A stretch of DNA of 64,000 nucleotides from Sideroxydans sp. GTDB taxonomy: Bacteria > Pseudomonadota > Gammaproteobacteria > Burkholderiales > Gallionellaceae. The stretch lies in NCBI GenBank assembly GCA_041653255.1, contig JBAZFV010000001.1, positions 255-64,254 of the forward strand. The letters run 5' to 3'. Both the position numbers and the translations under genes were made by a program. A model generated the notes under the pieces. It made no database searches and was not told where the DNA came from. It saw only the letters and a program-made list of their open reading frames with translations. Within the stretch, counting starts at the first letter, position 1; each line of letters begins with the position of its first letter. Below, piece after piece: positions 9,153 through 20,643 of the stretch.

Positions 9153-9865
9153 TTGCAGTCTGTGGATTTCAGCTCACTATCCGGGAAATCCTGCTGCATC
9201 TGGTTCAATTTATCTTCGATTCCCGCATCGATTCCGGTCAATTCAAATATGGTGAATTTAAGCCTGCTCTGCCGCTCGCCCACTTTCGCCGTGCGCACCC
9301 CTTTGGTTTTCAATACTTCCAGGAAGTTGCCGGCCGCCTGTTCGGTGCGAAATACACCGAGCGAGATGGCATGCAACCATTCACCTTTTTCCTGCACCAC
9401 AAAGTAGTCATTCACACCAAGTTTCTTAAGCTGATCAATTTTTCGATTTACCTGGTTGATATTCTTTTGCGGCGGCATATACACCCAGTAACCGCCTACA
9501 TGTTCGACGCTGCGCCGTTGCAATCTATCTCCAAGTTGCAGTGTTGCCAGCGCCGCGTCCGCCTGCACCAGATTCTCGCCGGAGAACTCTCCCCATACCA
9601 GACAGCGCGGGGCGGGAGGTATCACGGTCAGTTCCGGGCTCAATTGCGAGGCAGGTGGCACGGCAGCGGCCTGTGGTGCACTGACGGGGACAGGATCGGC
9701 GAGTAAACGCGGGGCTGCCGCATCCCGCAACCGGATTTTGTTCGCATTGAACTCTGCTTGCGTCAATAGTGCTTCCGGCGTGTCGGTTAGTGCCGCACCC
9801 CAGCGTATCAGGACAAAGAACAATACATTGACCAGCAACAACAGTATCAACCAGACCCTGCTCAT
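9149..9865 (-). CDS. SPOR-domain protein
   Basis: N-terminal TM, Pro/Ala linker, YWVY.P and AISLGVF motifs; usual position after coaX. Confidence 0.75.
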   Translation of the reverse strand: MSRVWLILLLLVNVLFFVLIRWGAALTDTPEALLTQAEFNANKIRLRDAAAPRLLADPVPVSAPQAAAVPPASQLSPELTVIPPAPRCLVWGEFSGENLVQADAALATLQLGDRLQRRSVEHVGGYWVYMPPQKNINQVNRKIDQLKKLGVNDYFVVQEKGEWLHAISLGVFRTEQAAGNFLEVLKTKGVRTAKVGERQSRLKFTIFELTGIDAGIEDKLNQMQQDFPDSELKSTDCN

Positions 9866-10584
9866 ACCTTATTTTCTCCGATCACTTGCAAACCGTGTAG
9901 CACCAATTCATCCACCCGCTCACAGGGTACAGCCAGTTGTGCCATGACGGATTCGGCCGCCCCGCCCGCTATGATGCAGCGCGCAACACCGCAACGCTGC
10001 TGCAACAATGCGTACTGCTGTGTGATTGCGCCCTGTGTTGCGCGCAGCGCACCAGTCGTCATCGCATCTGCGGTATTCAAGGGGAAATCGCAGAGAGCAC
10101 CCTTCTCCGCTTGCACTTGTGCAGTGTTGGCGTTCAAGCTGCGCCGCAGCAAAGTCAGGCCGGGCAAAATCAGGCCACCAATGAACTCCCCATCGGCGGA
10201 TAAGGCATCCAGTGTGGTGGCGGTGCCACAATTAATCACCAGACATGTTCCACGCACTTGGTGCCACGCACCAATGAGTGCAGCCCAGCGGTCGCTGCCG
10301 AGCTGTTGCGGCAGTTGATAACCGTTGCGCACCCCGCATTGCTCCGCGCAAGCCGTAACGAAGGTCGGTGCACACGACCACACTGAAAGAAGCGTGCGCA
10401 GCCGAGCCGCCATGTCTGCTCCCGCCACATTGGAAACCAGAATGCGAGACGGCGCTGGCAACTGTGCGAACACACTTGCCAGCGTGTCGATCTGTGCATT
10501 GTCGAGCACGCCGCGCTCCACCCAGCACCCGGCTTCGACCCGCACCCATTTGCAGCGACTATTCCCGATGTCCAGCAACAACAC
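9862..10584 (-). CDS. coaX: Type III pantothenate kinase
   Basis: LLDIGNSRCKW, LGSDRW, GTATTLD, GGLILPG. Confidence 0.93.
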   Translation of the reverse strand: MLLLDIGNSRCKWVRVEAGCWVERGVLDNAQIDTLASVFAQLPAPSRILVSNVAGADMAARLRTLLSVWSCAPTFVTACAEQCGVRNGYQLPQQLGSDRWAALIGAWHQVRGTCLVINCGTATTLDALSADGEFIGGLILPGLTLLRRSLNANTAQVQAEKGALCDFPLNTADAMTTGALRATQGAITQQYALLQQRCGVARCIIAGGAAESVMAQLAVPCERVDELVLHGLQVIGENKV

Positions 10585-11583
10585 TCAACACCCCCTCAAA
10601 CTGATCTCACCTGCATGGAATACCTGTTCACCTGCCGCCGTTGTCACACGCAATGCGCCTTCATCGGTCACACCACGCACTTGCCCGGTAACCTGCACCC
10701 CGTCCGGCAAGACCAAGGTGACGGTGCGCTGCTGGAATACATGGTTGCGCTCCCACTCGGCACGCAACACGCCAAATCCGTGTGCTGCGAACTCATCCAA
10801 TATACGCAACAGATGCTTCAACAACATTCCAAACACCCGATTGCGTTCGGCCAGCGGCACGCCAGCTGCGGCAAGATCACCCACCGGCTGGCCGATCGCG
10901 GCACGCGTGGTTTCACTCACCGCCAGATTCAGGCCGATACCGATTACCACCGCGCTCGGCCCCAGCATATCGCCCTGTGCCTCCAGCAAAATGCCCGCCA
11001 ATTTACCCTCGCCCAACAGGATATCGTTTGGCCATTTCAGACCGACACCCTGCACACCCAGTTCATCCATGGCACGCAGAACGGCAACACCGACTGCCAG
11101 GCTCAAGCCGGACAGCGCCCCCACCCCGCAACCGAAGCGCCAGAGCAGGGAGAACGTCAGCGCATCACCCAGTCCCGCATGCCACGATCTGCCCAGACGC
11201 CCGCGCCCGGCACTTTGCCACTCCGCCGCCAGCACGCTGCCGGACGGTGCGCCGAGTGCCGCGCGCTGCAACAACACGGCATTGGTGGAAGTCGCGTGAT
11301 CGGCGATTTCCAGATGCACCTTTCTGCCCACATCGGCCAGTTGGCTCTCGATCATTGCGGTATTTAGCCAATACAGGGGCTGCGCCAGCCGATAGCCGCG
11401 TCCGCGCACACGGTGCAAAACCAGACCACACCCACCGGTATCGTGCAGGGCGTTATGCACACTCGCCCGCGAAAAGCCAAGCTGCGCAGCCATTGCTTCA
11501 CCGGAGTGGAATTCGCCATCTGCCAGCAAGTGCAGCAAAGCGAATGTCAGCGGGCGCGGAGTATCTTTCACAGCGGGATTCAT
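10585..11583 (-). CDS. birA: Biotin protein ligase/repressor BirA
   Basis: HTH (DGEFHSG), STN, Q.AGRGR, LKWPND, KLAGILLE. Confidence 0.95.
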   Translation of the reverse strand: MNPAVKDTPRPLTFALLHLLADGEFHSGEAMAAQLGFSRASVHNALHDTGGCGLVLHRVRGRGYRLAQPLYWLNTAMIESQLADVGRKVHLEIADHATSTNAVLLQRAALGAPSGSVLAAEWQSAGRGRLGRSWHAGLGDALTFSLLWRFGCGVGALSGLSLAVGVAVLRAMDELGVQGVGLKWPNDILLGEGKLAGILLEAQGDMLGPSAVVIGIGLNLAVSETTRAAIGQPVGDLAAAGVPLAERNRVFGMLLKHLLRILDEFAAHGFGVLRAEWERNHVFQQRTVTLVLPDGVQVTGQVRGVTDEGALRVTTAAGEQVFHAGEISLRGC

Positions 11584-12752
11584 TGTGCCAGATCAGTACA
11601 CAGCGGCACTCCACCCTGCTCCAGGAACTGTACGATTTCTTCGCGGCGTTTCAAGGTGTCCTGATAACCGAGATCAATCAGCGCGCGGCAATAAGATTTT
11701 TCGAACAGCAGATAACTGACCAGATTGGCACCATTCCCCCGTCTTACCCCAAGCAAGCGCAACGACACACGGATCGTCCACGGCAGATGCTTTATATAGC
11801 GCTCGGCGATCTTCTCCAGCGGTTGACTGGGCGTGATCACCAGTGCGTCTATTTTGCGCAGCGTGAGCTGTGAGCGTAGCGCCTCGGGAATCATGCTCAC
11901 GGTACGATTGATACGTTGCAGGCTCTCCAGATCCACTTCCAGACCGTCGAGGAAAATACTGTCCAGCGCATGTCCCGCAATCTCCGCCAACGATGGGTAG
12001 CGCTCGATCTTGGCGCGCTTGTCCGTTTCATCTTCCGCCTGTTGGCCGACCCCAACCACCAGCACCCGTTCCGCCCCCAGATGCAGGGCAGAGCTGATGG
12101 GAGCGATCTGCCGCATCGAGCCATCACCGAAGAATTCGCGATTGACGTGCACTGCCGGAAACATGAAAGGCAATGCCGAGGAGGCCAGCAGATGCTGAAT
12201 GTCAATCAAGGTCGGAACACCGACCCGGCGCGCACGCCTCCATGGCTTGATTTCAGCCGCGCCCTGATAAAAAGTCACAGAATGACCGGAGCCATAACCG
12301 GATGCAGTAATACCAAGCGCATGCACTATGCCGTCATCAATCTGGCGCTGGATCAGCTCGCACGGCAGAATGCGTTCCAGAAAGGTGCGCAAGGGAGAAT
12401 TGTCCAGCAACGACACCTGGTTGTAGCGATTGCTGCCCAGCATGCTCAACATCAGCCCCAACAGCCAGCGCCCGCTATTGCTCAACACACCCAGGACATC
12501 GGCGCGGTAAATATCGGTAATATTCGCGTTGTTCCAGACATTGAGCAGGTAGCGCACACCCTTGCGAAAATGTCGCGCGTTAACCGCCAGTGTTACCGCA
12601 TTCAGCGCACCCGCAGAAGTGCCGCATACCACACTGAACGGAAGTTTTGCACGATAAGGCGTGAACTCAGCCAGCGCCTTCAGCACACCAACCTGATAGG
12701 CGACACGCGCACCGCCACCGGTAAGGATGAGTCCGATCTTCTGTTTCGACAT
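11580..12752 (-). CDS. Patatin-like phospholipase
   Basis: GGGAR, GTSAG, DGS motifs. Confidence 0.9.
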   Translation of the reverse strand: MSKQKIGLILTGGGARVAYQVGVLKALAEFTPYRAKLPFSVVCGTSAGALNAVTLAVNARHFRKGVRYLLNVWNNANITDIYRADVLGVLSNSGRWLLGLMLSMLGSNRYNQVSLLDNSPLRTFLERILPCELIQRQIDDGIVHALGITASGYGSGHSVTFYQGAAEIKPWRRARRVGVPTLIDIQHLLASSALPFMFPAVHVNREFFGDGSMRQIAPISSALHLGAERVLVVGVGQQAEDETDKRAKIERYPSLAEIAGHALDSIFLDGLEVDLESLQRINRTVSMIPEALRSQLTLRKIDALVITPSQPLEKIAERYIKHLPWTIRVSLRLLGVRRGNGANLVSYLLFEKSYCRALIDLGYQDTLKRREEIVQFLEQGGVPLCTDLAQ

Positions 12753-12768
12753 CGTCTGCAGGTCTTGT

Positions 12769-13002
12769 TTACGCGCGCGTTCTTACTGACTCGAGTGCAT
12801 CCCGCAAGGTCTCTTCGGGCAGTTCATTGAGATATTCGGCTATCTTCTCCGCGGGCTCTACTGCCTTTGGTTGCAGCAAGGCAACCTCAACGTTATCCAC
12901 CAGCACCGCGGCTGCCCCGACCACTCTGAGCAGGCGCGTGCGCTCCGCCATCAACATCTCGATTTCCTTGCTCAACAACTCGACTTCCTGTTTGTTCATC
13001 AC
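12769..13002 (-). CDS. Small hypothetical protein
   Basis: 77 aa helical ORF; start overlaps the maeB stop; AGGAG RBS. Confidence 0.7.
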   Translation of the reverse strand: MMNKQEVELLSKEIEMLMAERTRLLRVVGAAAVLVDNVEVALLQPKAVEPAEKIAEYLNELPEETLRDALESVRTRA

Positions 13003-15275
13003 TCGCTCCTTGTTTTGACGCTGGCGACCGCCAGCGCACTCATGTTCACGATGCGGCGCGCGGTTGCGGTCGCGGTCAGAATATGCGCTGACTTGTTCGC
13101 TCCCAGCAGAATGCTGCCGATGGTGATGCCATCACCCGCCGTCATCTTGAGCAGATTGTAGGCGATATTGGCCGCATCCAGATTGGGCATCACCAGCAGA
13201 TTCGCTTGCCCCTTCAGACGTGCCGCCGGGAATATCTGGTTGCGCATGGTTTCCGACAGTGCCGCATCACCATGGATCTCACCCTCCACTTCCAGCTCCG
13301 GCGCTTGCAGCTCCAGCAATTCGCGCGCGCGCGCCATCTTGCGCGCCGAGGCATCATCATGGCTACCGAAGTTGGAATGTGACAGCAGCGCGACCTTGGG
13401 CACGATACCGAAGTAGCGCACCTCTTCTGCCGCCAGCATCGTCAGCTCGGCCAACTGCTCGGCGCTCGGGTCGAGATTAACATGCGTATCGCAGATGAAC
13501 AGGGTGTGCTTCGGCAACAGCAGGATGTTCATCGCACCGTATACGCTGCCGCCGGGGCGATGGCCGATCACCTCGTCGATGTAGCGCAAGTGGTAGAGAG
13601 GCTGATCCACCGTGCCGCACAACATGGCCTCAGCCGCACCCATGTGTACCAGCATGGCGGCGATCAACGTGCTGCGCCGGTGCATCTCACGCTTGGCAAC
13701 ATCGGGGGTCACCCCGCCACGTGCGCGCAGGCGATGGTATTCCATCCAGTATTCACGGAAACGCGCGTCATTGTTCGGGTCGACCAGTTCAAAGTCCTGG
13801 CCGGGACGGATGCGCAAACCCAGTCGCTCGATGCGTGTCGCAATCACATCCGGGCGACCAACCAGAATCGGTTTTGCAATCCCTTCGTCCACCACGGTCT
13901 GCACCGCATGCAGCACGCGCTCATCTTCACCCTCGGCATAAGCCAGCCGGCGTGGTGATTTCTTTGCCATCTCGAACACCGGCCTCATCAGCAGGTTGGA
14001 GTGATAGATAAAACCGGACAGATGTTCAATGTAAGCGCGCATATCGGCGATCGGGCGTGTTGCCACACCGCTGTCCATTGCCGCCTGCGCCACCGCCGGT
14101 GCGACCTTGGAGATCAGGCGCGGATCAAACGGTTTCGGGATTAGGTATTGCGGCCCAAAACTCAAGCTTTCTTCGCTATATACTGCCGCCACCTCTTCCG
14201 ACTGCTCCGCTTCGGCCAACTCGGCGATGGCGTACACCGCCGCTTTCTTCATCGCCTCGTTGATGGCGGTCGCACCCACATCCAGCGCACCACGGAAGAT
14301 GTAGGGAAAACACAGAACGTTGTTCACCTGGTTCGGATAGTCGGAGCGGCCCGTCGCCAGGATCGCATCCGGACGCACCTCCAGCGCTTCCGTCGGCAAT
14401 ATTTCAGGTGTGGGGTTGGCCAAGGCAAAGATCAGAGGCCTCGCCGCCATCTGCTGCACCATCTCCGGCTTCAGTACGTCGCCTGCCGACAGCCCCAAAA
14501 ACACATCTGCACCCTCAATGACCTCGGCCAGTTTGCGCTGGGGAATGTCGCGTGCATAGCGCGCCTTGTTGTCGTCCATCTCCTCCGCTCGACCCTTGTA
14601 CACCACGCCTTTGATATCAGTGACGATGACGTTCTCCATGCGCACACCGAGACTGACCAGCATATCCAGGCAAGCCAGTGCCGCCGCACCCGCGCCACTC
14701 GCCACCAGCTTCACATCTTCGATCTTCTTGCCGACTACTTTGAGGCCGTTCAACAACGCCGCGCCAACGATGATGGCCGTGCCATGCTGGTCATCGTGGA
14801 ACACCGGGATATGCATGCGCTCGCGCAGTTTGCGCTCGACATAGAAACATTCGGGCGCCTTGATATCTTCCAGATTGATGCCGCCAAAAGTCGGCTCCAG
14901 CGAAGCGATGATATCTACCAGTTTTTCAGGGTCGTTCTCCGCAATCTCGATATCGAACACGTCGATCCCGGCAAACTTCTTGAACAAGACCGCCTTGCCT
15001 TCCATCACCGGCTTCGCCGCCAGCGGGCCGATATTGCCCAGACCCAGCACTGCTGTGCCGTTGCTGATGACCGCCACCAGATTGCCGCGCGCCGTCATGT
15101 TGCGCACCTCGGACGGGTCCGCCACGATCAGCTCGCAGGCCGCCGCCACCCCGGGCGAATACGCCAGTGCCAGATCGCGTGCCGTGTGCAGCGGCTTGCT
15201 CGCATTGACCGTGATCTTGCCCGCCGGGGATTGGCGATGATATTGCAGTGCGGCTTCGCGCATTTGCCTGTCCAT
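12999..15275 (-). CDS. maeB: NADP-dependent malic enzyme with PTA-like domain
   Basis: [43 protein letters not shown]. Confidence 0.96.
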   Translation of the reverse strand: MDRQMREAALQYHRQSPAGKITVNASKPLHTARDLALAYSPGVAAACELIVADPSEVRNMTARGNLVAVISNGTAVLGLGNIGPLAAKPVMEGKAVLFKKFAGIDVFDIEIAENDPEKLVDIIASLEPTFGGINLEDIKAPECFYVERKLRERMHIPVFHDDQHGTAIIVGAALLNGLKVVGKKIEDVKLVASGAGAAALACLDMLVSLGVRMENVIVTDIKGVVYKGRAEEMDDNKARYARDIPQRKLAEVIEGADVFLGLSAGDVLKPEMVQQMAARPLIFALANPTPEILPTEALEVRPDAILATGRSDYPNQVNNVLCFPYIFRGALDVGATAINEAMKKAAVYAIAELAEAEQSEEVAAVYSEESLSFGPQYLIPKPFDPRLISKVAPAVAQAAMDSGVATRPIADMRAYIEHLSGFIYHSNLLMRPVFEMAKKSPRRLAYAEGEDERVLHAVQTVVDEGIAKPILVGRPDVIATRIERLGLRIRPGQDFELVDPNNDARFREYWMEYHRLRARGGVTPDVAKREMHRRSTLIAAMLVHMGAAEAMLCGTVDQPLYHLRYIDEVIGHRPGGSVYGAMNILLLPKHTLFICDTHVNLDPSAEQLAELTMLAAEEVRYFGIVPKVALLSHSNFGSHDDASARKMARARELLELQAPELEVEGEIHGDAALSETMRNQIFPAARLKGQANLLVMPNLDAANIAYNLLKMTAGDGITIGSILLGANKSAHILTATATARRIVNMSALAVASVKTRSE

Positions 15276-15348
15276 GGTGGTCTCGTCTGTTGTTAAGAGC
15301 GTAATGCCCGAGGATTATAGTCTTCGAACCGAGCCGAGGGGATCGCCT

Positions 15349-16848
15349 TCACGCCTCGCGCGGCTGATGATTCAGCCCCAACGTACGCAAGGTGTGCTGG
15401 CGCAGCTCGTGCAGCAATGACACGTTTTCATCCAGCGATTCACCGTAGGATGGGACCATCTCCTTCAGCTTGCGTTGCCACTCGGCGGATCTCATACGCG
15501 GTTTGAAACAACGTTCGATCACTTCGATCATCGCCTGCACCGAAGTCGAGGCGCCGGGTGATGCACCCAACAGCGTGGCCAGCGTGCAATCCCGGGAAGT
15601 AACGATCTCGGTGCCGAATTCCAGCTTGCCACCATTGGTATCGCAGCCTTTGATGATTTGCACGCGCTGGCCGGCTGCTGCCAATTGCCATTGATGCTCG
15701 GTCGCATCGGCGTAGAACTCGCGCAGGGAGGCAACCCGCTCTTTGTGCGACTTGAAGGCTTCGCCCACCAGATAACGCGTGAGATTCATATTGTCCCGCG
15801 CCACCGACAACATCGGTTTCAGATTTGCCGATTTCAGTGAAGAGAACAGATCAAGCACCGACCCTTCCTTGAGAAACTTGGTGGTGATGCTGGCGAACGG
15901 ACCGAACAGCAAGACCGACTCGCCGCCAATGATGCGTGCATCCAGATGTGGCACCGACATCGGCGGCGCACCGACTGCGGCACGCCCATACACTTTGGTC
16001 GTGTGCTGGCACACGATCTTGGGGTCATGGCAGATCAGCCACTGTCCACTAATGGGAAAGCCGCCGTAACCCTTCGCTTCAGGGATACCGGATTTTTGCA
16101 GCAGCGGCAGCGCGCCACCACCCGCACCCAGAAATACGAATCCGGCTTCGATCGTCCTGGTCTTGTCGCTGTGGTTGTCTTTCACCCGCACATGCCAGCT
16201 TCCGTCATCATGTTGCTTCATGCTCGTGATGGTATGGCTCAGTTTCAATTCAAAGTTATCCAGCTTCAACAACGCCCTCACCAGCTTGCGCGTCAGGAAA
16301 CCGAAATCGATATCCGTACCGTGCTTCACCTGCGTCGCGGCAACTTTCTCTTGCGGGTCGCGCCGGTGCATCACCAGCGGCATCCACTGTCGCAACACGG
16401 CATGCTCCTCGCTGTACTCCATCTCCTCGAACAGATGGTGTTTATGCAGTGCCTGATAACGTTTGCGCAGGAAGGCAACATCCTCCGCCCCGCGTACGAA
16501 GCTCTGGTGATAAACCGGATTGATAAATTTCTCCGGCGTCGGCAACAAACCCTGCTCAACCAGATACGACCAGAATTGCAGAGACATCTCAAACGCCGCA
16601 TTTATTTCCAGCGCACGGTCAATATTGATGCTGCCATCGGGCATTTCGGGGGTGTAGTTAAGTTCACAATACCCCGCGTGCCCGGTACCGGCATTGTTCA
16701 AACCGTGCGAGCTTTCGTTCGCCACTCTGGCCTGCCGTTCGACCATCAATATCTTCAGCGACGGATCGAGCTGCGCCAGCAACTTGCCCAGCGTCGCACT
16801 CATCACGCCCGCCCCGACCAATAACACATCCACTTTCTGGTTCGACAT
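15349..16848 (-). CDS. mqo: Malate:quinone oxidoreductase
   Basis: GAGVMSATL, NNAGTGHA.CELNY, PPMSVPHLD, AGQRVQ, GASPGAS. Confidence 0.95.
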   Translation of the reverse strand: MSNQKVDVLLVGAGVMSATLGKLLAQLDPSLKILMVERQARVANESSHGLNNAGTGHAGYCELNYTPEMPDGSINIDRALEINAAFEMSLQFWSYLVEQGLLPTPEKFINPVYHQSFVRGAEDVAFLRKRYQALHKHHLFEEMEYSEEHAVLRQWMPLVMHRRDPQEKVAATQVKHGTDIDFGFLTRKLVRALLKLDNFELKLSHTITSMKQHDDGSWHVRVKDNHSDKTRTIEAGFVFLGAGGGALPLLQKSGIPEAKGYGGFPISGQWLICHDPKIVCQHTTKVYGRAAVGAPPMSVPHLDARIIGGESVLLFGPFASITTKFLKEGSVLDLFSSLKSANLKPMLSVARDNMNLTRYLVGEAFKSHKERVASLREFYADATEHQWQLAAAGQRVQIIKGCDTNGGKLEFGTEIVTSRDCTLATLLGASPGASTSVQAMIEVIERCFKPRMRSAEWQRKLKEMVPSYGESLDENVSLLHELRQHTLRTLGLNHQPREA

Positions 16849-16896
16849 CTCATTCTTCCGTAATCTGTCGGACTGAAGTCCGACCTGCACGCCATT

Positions 16897-19800
16897 CTAC
16901 CTGCTCATCCCCGCCAGTATCTTTTCCAGCCGCTTCACCGACACGATCACAGGTGTCTTCAGTTCCTGTGCGAACAGCGATACGCGCAGTTCCTGCAACA
17001 TCCAGCCGAAGTCATCCAGCCGTTCGTCGCGTACGCCCTGCTGTGCTTGCAGCCTGCGCTGCCATTGCTGCTGCAGCGGCTGCAACTGGGACATGTTCGT
17101 CGCGTCGCGCGCGGGGTTGCTGCGCAGCTTTTCCAGCCGCACATTGATCCCCTTCAGATAGCGCGGCATATGCTGCATGCGCTCGTAGGGCGTGCGGGCG
17201 ATCCAGCCTTTGCCGAGCAGTGATTCCAGTTGCTGGCGGATGTCTTGCGTGACCAGTCCGTGCGATTTGAATGCGGGCAATGTTTTCTGCAGTGCCTGAT
17301 GTTCGGTCAGCACCGTACCGACCAAGCGCGCGATCTCCTGCCCCACCAGATTGAGGCGCGATTTGGCGTCTTTGCAGCGCGCATTGAAAGACTTCTCGTC
17401 ATCCGGCAGCGGGTCGTTCAGGCAGCAACGGTCGAAGGTCACGGTGAGTATCTGCTGCTGCAAGTCCTGCTGGCTGCCGAAGGGCAGGAATAACATGGCC
17501 ATCTTTTGCAAGTCGGGCAGGTTCTTCTCCAGAAACTTTATCTGCTCTTTCAGCGCCAGCATAAACAAGCGACGCAGACCGGCATGATGCACAACCTGCG
17601 CTTCGTCGGCGGTATCGAAAGCTTGTAAGGTCACCGCATCGCCTTCGTCATGCAGCGCGTTGAACACCGTCACTTGCTGTCCGGCGCGCGGCACTTGTGT
17701 GGTCTCGGCGAAGTCGCCGAAGGTCCATGATGTGTAGCGTTCTTTGTTGCTCGTGACTGCGGCCTGCGCCTGCTTCACCGGCGCACTGGCAGCCAACGAT
17801 ACTTTGGGTGCCCACTCACCGCGCAATTGCAGGAAGTTGCGTCCCATTCCAAGCTGGCGCCCATGTTCATCGATCACGCGAAAGTTCATCAGCAGGTGCG
17901 GCGGCAGTTGTTCCAGACGGAAAGCATCCGGCGGCACGTCGACTTGTTTCTGCTCACGCATGTAGCGCGCGATGGCTTGCAACAGTGAGACGTCGGATGC
18001 CTTCACTTCGGCACAGAAGGCAGCAGCGAACTCCGGCACCGGTACACAATGACGACGCAGTTTCTGCGGCAATGATTTCAGCAGTTGCGCCACCTTCTCC
18101 GCCAGAATGCCAGGCACCAGCCATTCGCAGCGCGCAGGTTGTACCTGATTGACCAGCGCCTGCGGCACAGTCAGCGTCACGCCGTCGTCGCTCTTGCCCG
18201 GTGCGAAGTTGTAGGCCAGCGCATAGCTCACGTTGTTCATGACGAGTTGCGGCGGGAAATGTTCGGTAGTGATGCCGGCCGCTTCGTGCCGCATCAGGTC
18301 ATCTTTTTTCAGGTACAGCAATTTTGGATTTTCACGTTCGGCATCTTTGCGCCAATGCTCGAACGCCGCACCGTTATGCATGCCCGCCGGGATGCGCGCA
18401 TCGTAGAAAGCGAAGATCAGTTCATCATCCACCAGCACATCGGGACGGCGCGATTTATGTTCCAGCACTTCGATGTCGGCGATGAGCTTCTGGTTATGCG
18501 CAAAGAACTGGGCTTGCGTGTTGAACTCGCCGTTCACCAGTGCCTCACGAATGAATACTTCGCGCGCCTCCTCCGGGTTCATCGGCCCGTAATGCACGCG
18601 CTTCTTCGGATTGATGAGCAGGCCGTGCAAGGTGCTGCGTTCCCACGCCGCCACCTGTGCCGATTTCTTCTCCCAGTGCGGCTCGTAGTAGCTGCGCCGG
18701 ATCAGGTGCGTGCCGACCTCTTCCAGCCACTCCGGTTCAACCCGTGCCACGCAGCGTGCATAGAGCCGGGTCGTCTCCACGATCTCGGCCGCCATCACCC
18801 AGCGCGCGCCTTTCTTCGCCAGCACGGAGTTGGGGGCGATGAAGAACTTGATGCCGCGCGCACCAAGGTAATACGGTTCGCGATCCACCCCCTTGGTGCC
18901 GATATTGCCGAGCAGTCCGGTGAGCAGGGCTTTGTGAATTTGTTCGTAACTGGCGGGTTGCTCGTTGCAGCGCATCCCCATCTCTGCCATCTGCGCATGC
19001 AACTGCTGGTGCAGTTCGTGCCACTCGCGCAGCCGGATTGGCGACAGGAATTTCTCGCGGCACTCAATCGCCCACAGCCTGTTGCTTTTCTTGTGCTTCA
19101 CCGCCTCCTGGAACCACACCCACAGCTTTAAATAAGCAAGGAAATCGGAACGCTCATCGTTGAAACGCTGGTGTGCGGCATCCGCCGCATCACGTCGCTC
19201 GCTCGGCCGGTCACGCGGGTCTTGCAGCGCCAGCGCACTGGCAATGACGAGAATCTCGTTCAGGCAGTGATATTGCCGCCCCGCCAGCAACAGCCGCGCC
19301 ACCTTGGGATCGAGCGGCAGCTTGGCCAACTCTTTGCCGAGCGGAGTCAATTGGCGCACGTCATCAATGGCATTCAGCTCCTGCAGCAACTGGTAACCGT
19401 CAGTGATGGCGCGCGAACCCGGTGGTTCGATGAATGGAAAAGCTTCAACCTCGCCCAAGCCCAGCGCGCTCATGCGCAGGATGACGGTCGCCAGCGACAC
19501 CCGGAATATCTCGGCATCGGTGTATGCCGGCCGTTGCAGGAAATCCGCCTCGTCATACAGGCGGATACACACCCCGTTCATCACCCGTCCGCAGCGTCCC
19601 GCGCGCTGGTTGGCGGCGGCCTGTGCAATGTTCTCGACGTGCAACTGCTCCACCTTCTGCCGCACGCTGTAGCGGTTGATGCGCGCCAGCCCGCTGTCTA
19701 TGACATAACCGATGTTGGGCACAGTAAGCGAGGTCTCCGCCACGTTGGTCGCCAGCACCACGCGGCGCACCCCGGAGGTGGGCTTGAACACGCGGTCCTG

Positions 19801-20643
19801 CTCGCTCACTGACAGGCGCGAGAACAGGGGTAATATCTCGATACCTTTGTGCTGATGCTTGCGCAGTGCCTCGGCGGTGTCGCGGATCTCGCGCTCGCCC
19901 GGCAGGAACACCAGCACATCGCCGCGCAATCCACCGATAGACAATTCATCCAGTGCGCTGCAGATCGCCTGCGGGATATCCTGCGTGTCGCCTTCCTCGT
20001 TCTGTTGCGGCTGGCGATAACGCACTTCGACCGGCCAGGTACGGCCGGAAACTTGCAGCACGGGCGCACCGGAAAAATGTTTGGAAAATCGCTCCGCATC
20101 CAGTGTCGCCGAAGTGATGATGAGTTTCAGATCAGGACGGCGCGGCAACAGTTGCTTCAAATAGCCCAGCAGGAAATCGATGTTGAGCGAGCGCTCGTGT
20201 GCTTCGTCGATGATGAGGGTGTCGTAATGCTTGAGCAGCGGATCGCGATGGATCTCCGCCAGCAGTATGCCGTCGGTCATCAGTTTGACCGCGCTGTCTG
20301 GTGCCACCTTGTCGTTGAAGCGCACCTTGTAGCCGACCAATCCGCCCAGTTCGGATTTCAGCTCATGCGCGATACGTGCAGCCACCGAACGCGCGGCCAC
20401 CCGGCGCGGCTGGGTGTGACCGATGACACCCGACACACCGCGCCCCAGACTCAGACATATCTTGGGCAGTTGCGTGGTCTTGCCAGAGCCGGTCTCGCCG
20501 CAGACGATCACCACCTGATGTCGTTCAATGGCCCGCGCCAGTTCGTCGCGGCGCGCAACAACAGGCAGCTCGGCGGGATATTCGATGGGTTGTGCCGCCG
20601 CAATACGTGCCAGGCGGCGCTCGGCCAGGGCGGACAACTTCAT
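16897..20643 (-). CDS. hrpA: ATP-dependent RNA helicase HrpA
   Basis: GETGSGKTT, DEAH, SAT, QRAGRCGR, C-terminal ELRVSLFAQEL; ATG 20643 overlaps the nuclease stop (ATGA). Confidence 0.95.
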   Translation of the reverse strand: MKLSALAERRLARIAAAQPIEYPAELPVVARRDELARAIERHQVVIVCGETGSGKTTQLPKICLSLGRGVSGVIGHTQPRRVAARSVAARIAHELKSELGGLVGYKVRFNDKVAPDSAVKLMTDGILLAEIHRDPLLKHYDTLIIDEAHERSLNIDFLLGYLKQLLPRRPDLKLIITSATLDAERFSKHFSGAPVLQVSGRTWPVEVRYRQPQQNEEGDTQDIPQAICSALDELSIGGLRGDVLVFLPGEREIRDTAEALRKHQHKGIEILPLFSRLSVSEQDRVFKPTSGVRRVVLATNVAETSLTVPNIGYVIDSGLARINRYSVRQKVEQLHVENIAQAAANQRAGRCGRVMNGVCIRLYDEADFLQRPAYTDAEIFRVSLATVILRMSALGLGEVEAFPFIEPPGSRAITDGYQLLQELNAIDDVRQLTPLGKELAKLPLDPKVARLLLAGRQYHCLNEILVIASALALQDPRDRPSERRDAADAAHQRFNDERSDFLAYLKLWVWFQEAVKHKKSNRLWAIECREKFLSPIRLREWHELHQQLHAQMAEMGMRCNEQPASYEQIHKALLTGLLGNIGTKGVDREPYYLGARGIKFFIAPNSVLAKKGARWVMAAEIVETTRLYARCVARVEPEWLEEVGTHLIRRSYYEPHWEKKSAQVAAWERSTLHGLLINPKKRVHYGPMNPEEAREVFIREALVNGEFNTQAQFFAHNQKLIADIEVLEHKSRRPDVLVDDELIFAFYDARIPAGMHNGAAFEHWRKDAERENPKLLYLKKDDLMRHEAAGITTEHFPPQLVMNNVSYALAYNFAPGKSDDGVTLTVPQALVNQVQPARCEWLVPGILAEKVAQLLKSLPQKLRRHCVPVPEFAAAFCAEVKASDVSLLQAIARYMREQKQVDVPPDAFRLEQLPPHLLMNFRVIDEHGRQLGMGRNFLQLRGEWAPKVSLAASAPVKQAQAAVTSNKERYTSWTFGDFAETTQVPRAGQQVTVFNALHDEGDAVTLQAFDTADEAQVVHHAGLRRLFMLALKEQIKFLEKNLPDLQKMAMLFLPFGSQQDLQQQILTVTFDRCCLNDPLPDDEKSFNARCKDAKSRLNLVGQEIARLVGTVLTEHQALQKTLPAFKSHGLVTQDIRQQLESLLGKGWIARTPYERMQHMPRYLKGINVRLEKLRSNPARDATNMSQLQPLQQQWQRRLQAQQGVRDERLDDFGWMLQELRVSLFAQELKTPVIVSVKRLEKILAGMSR

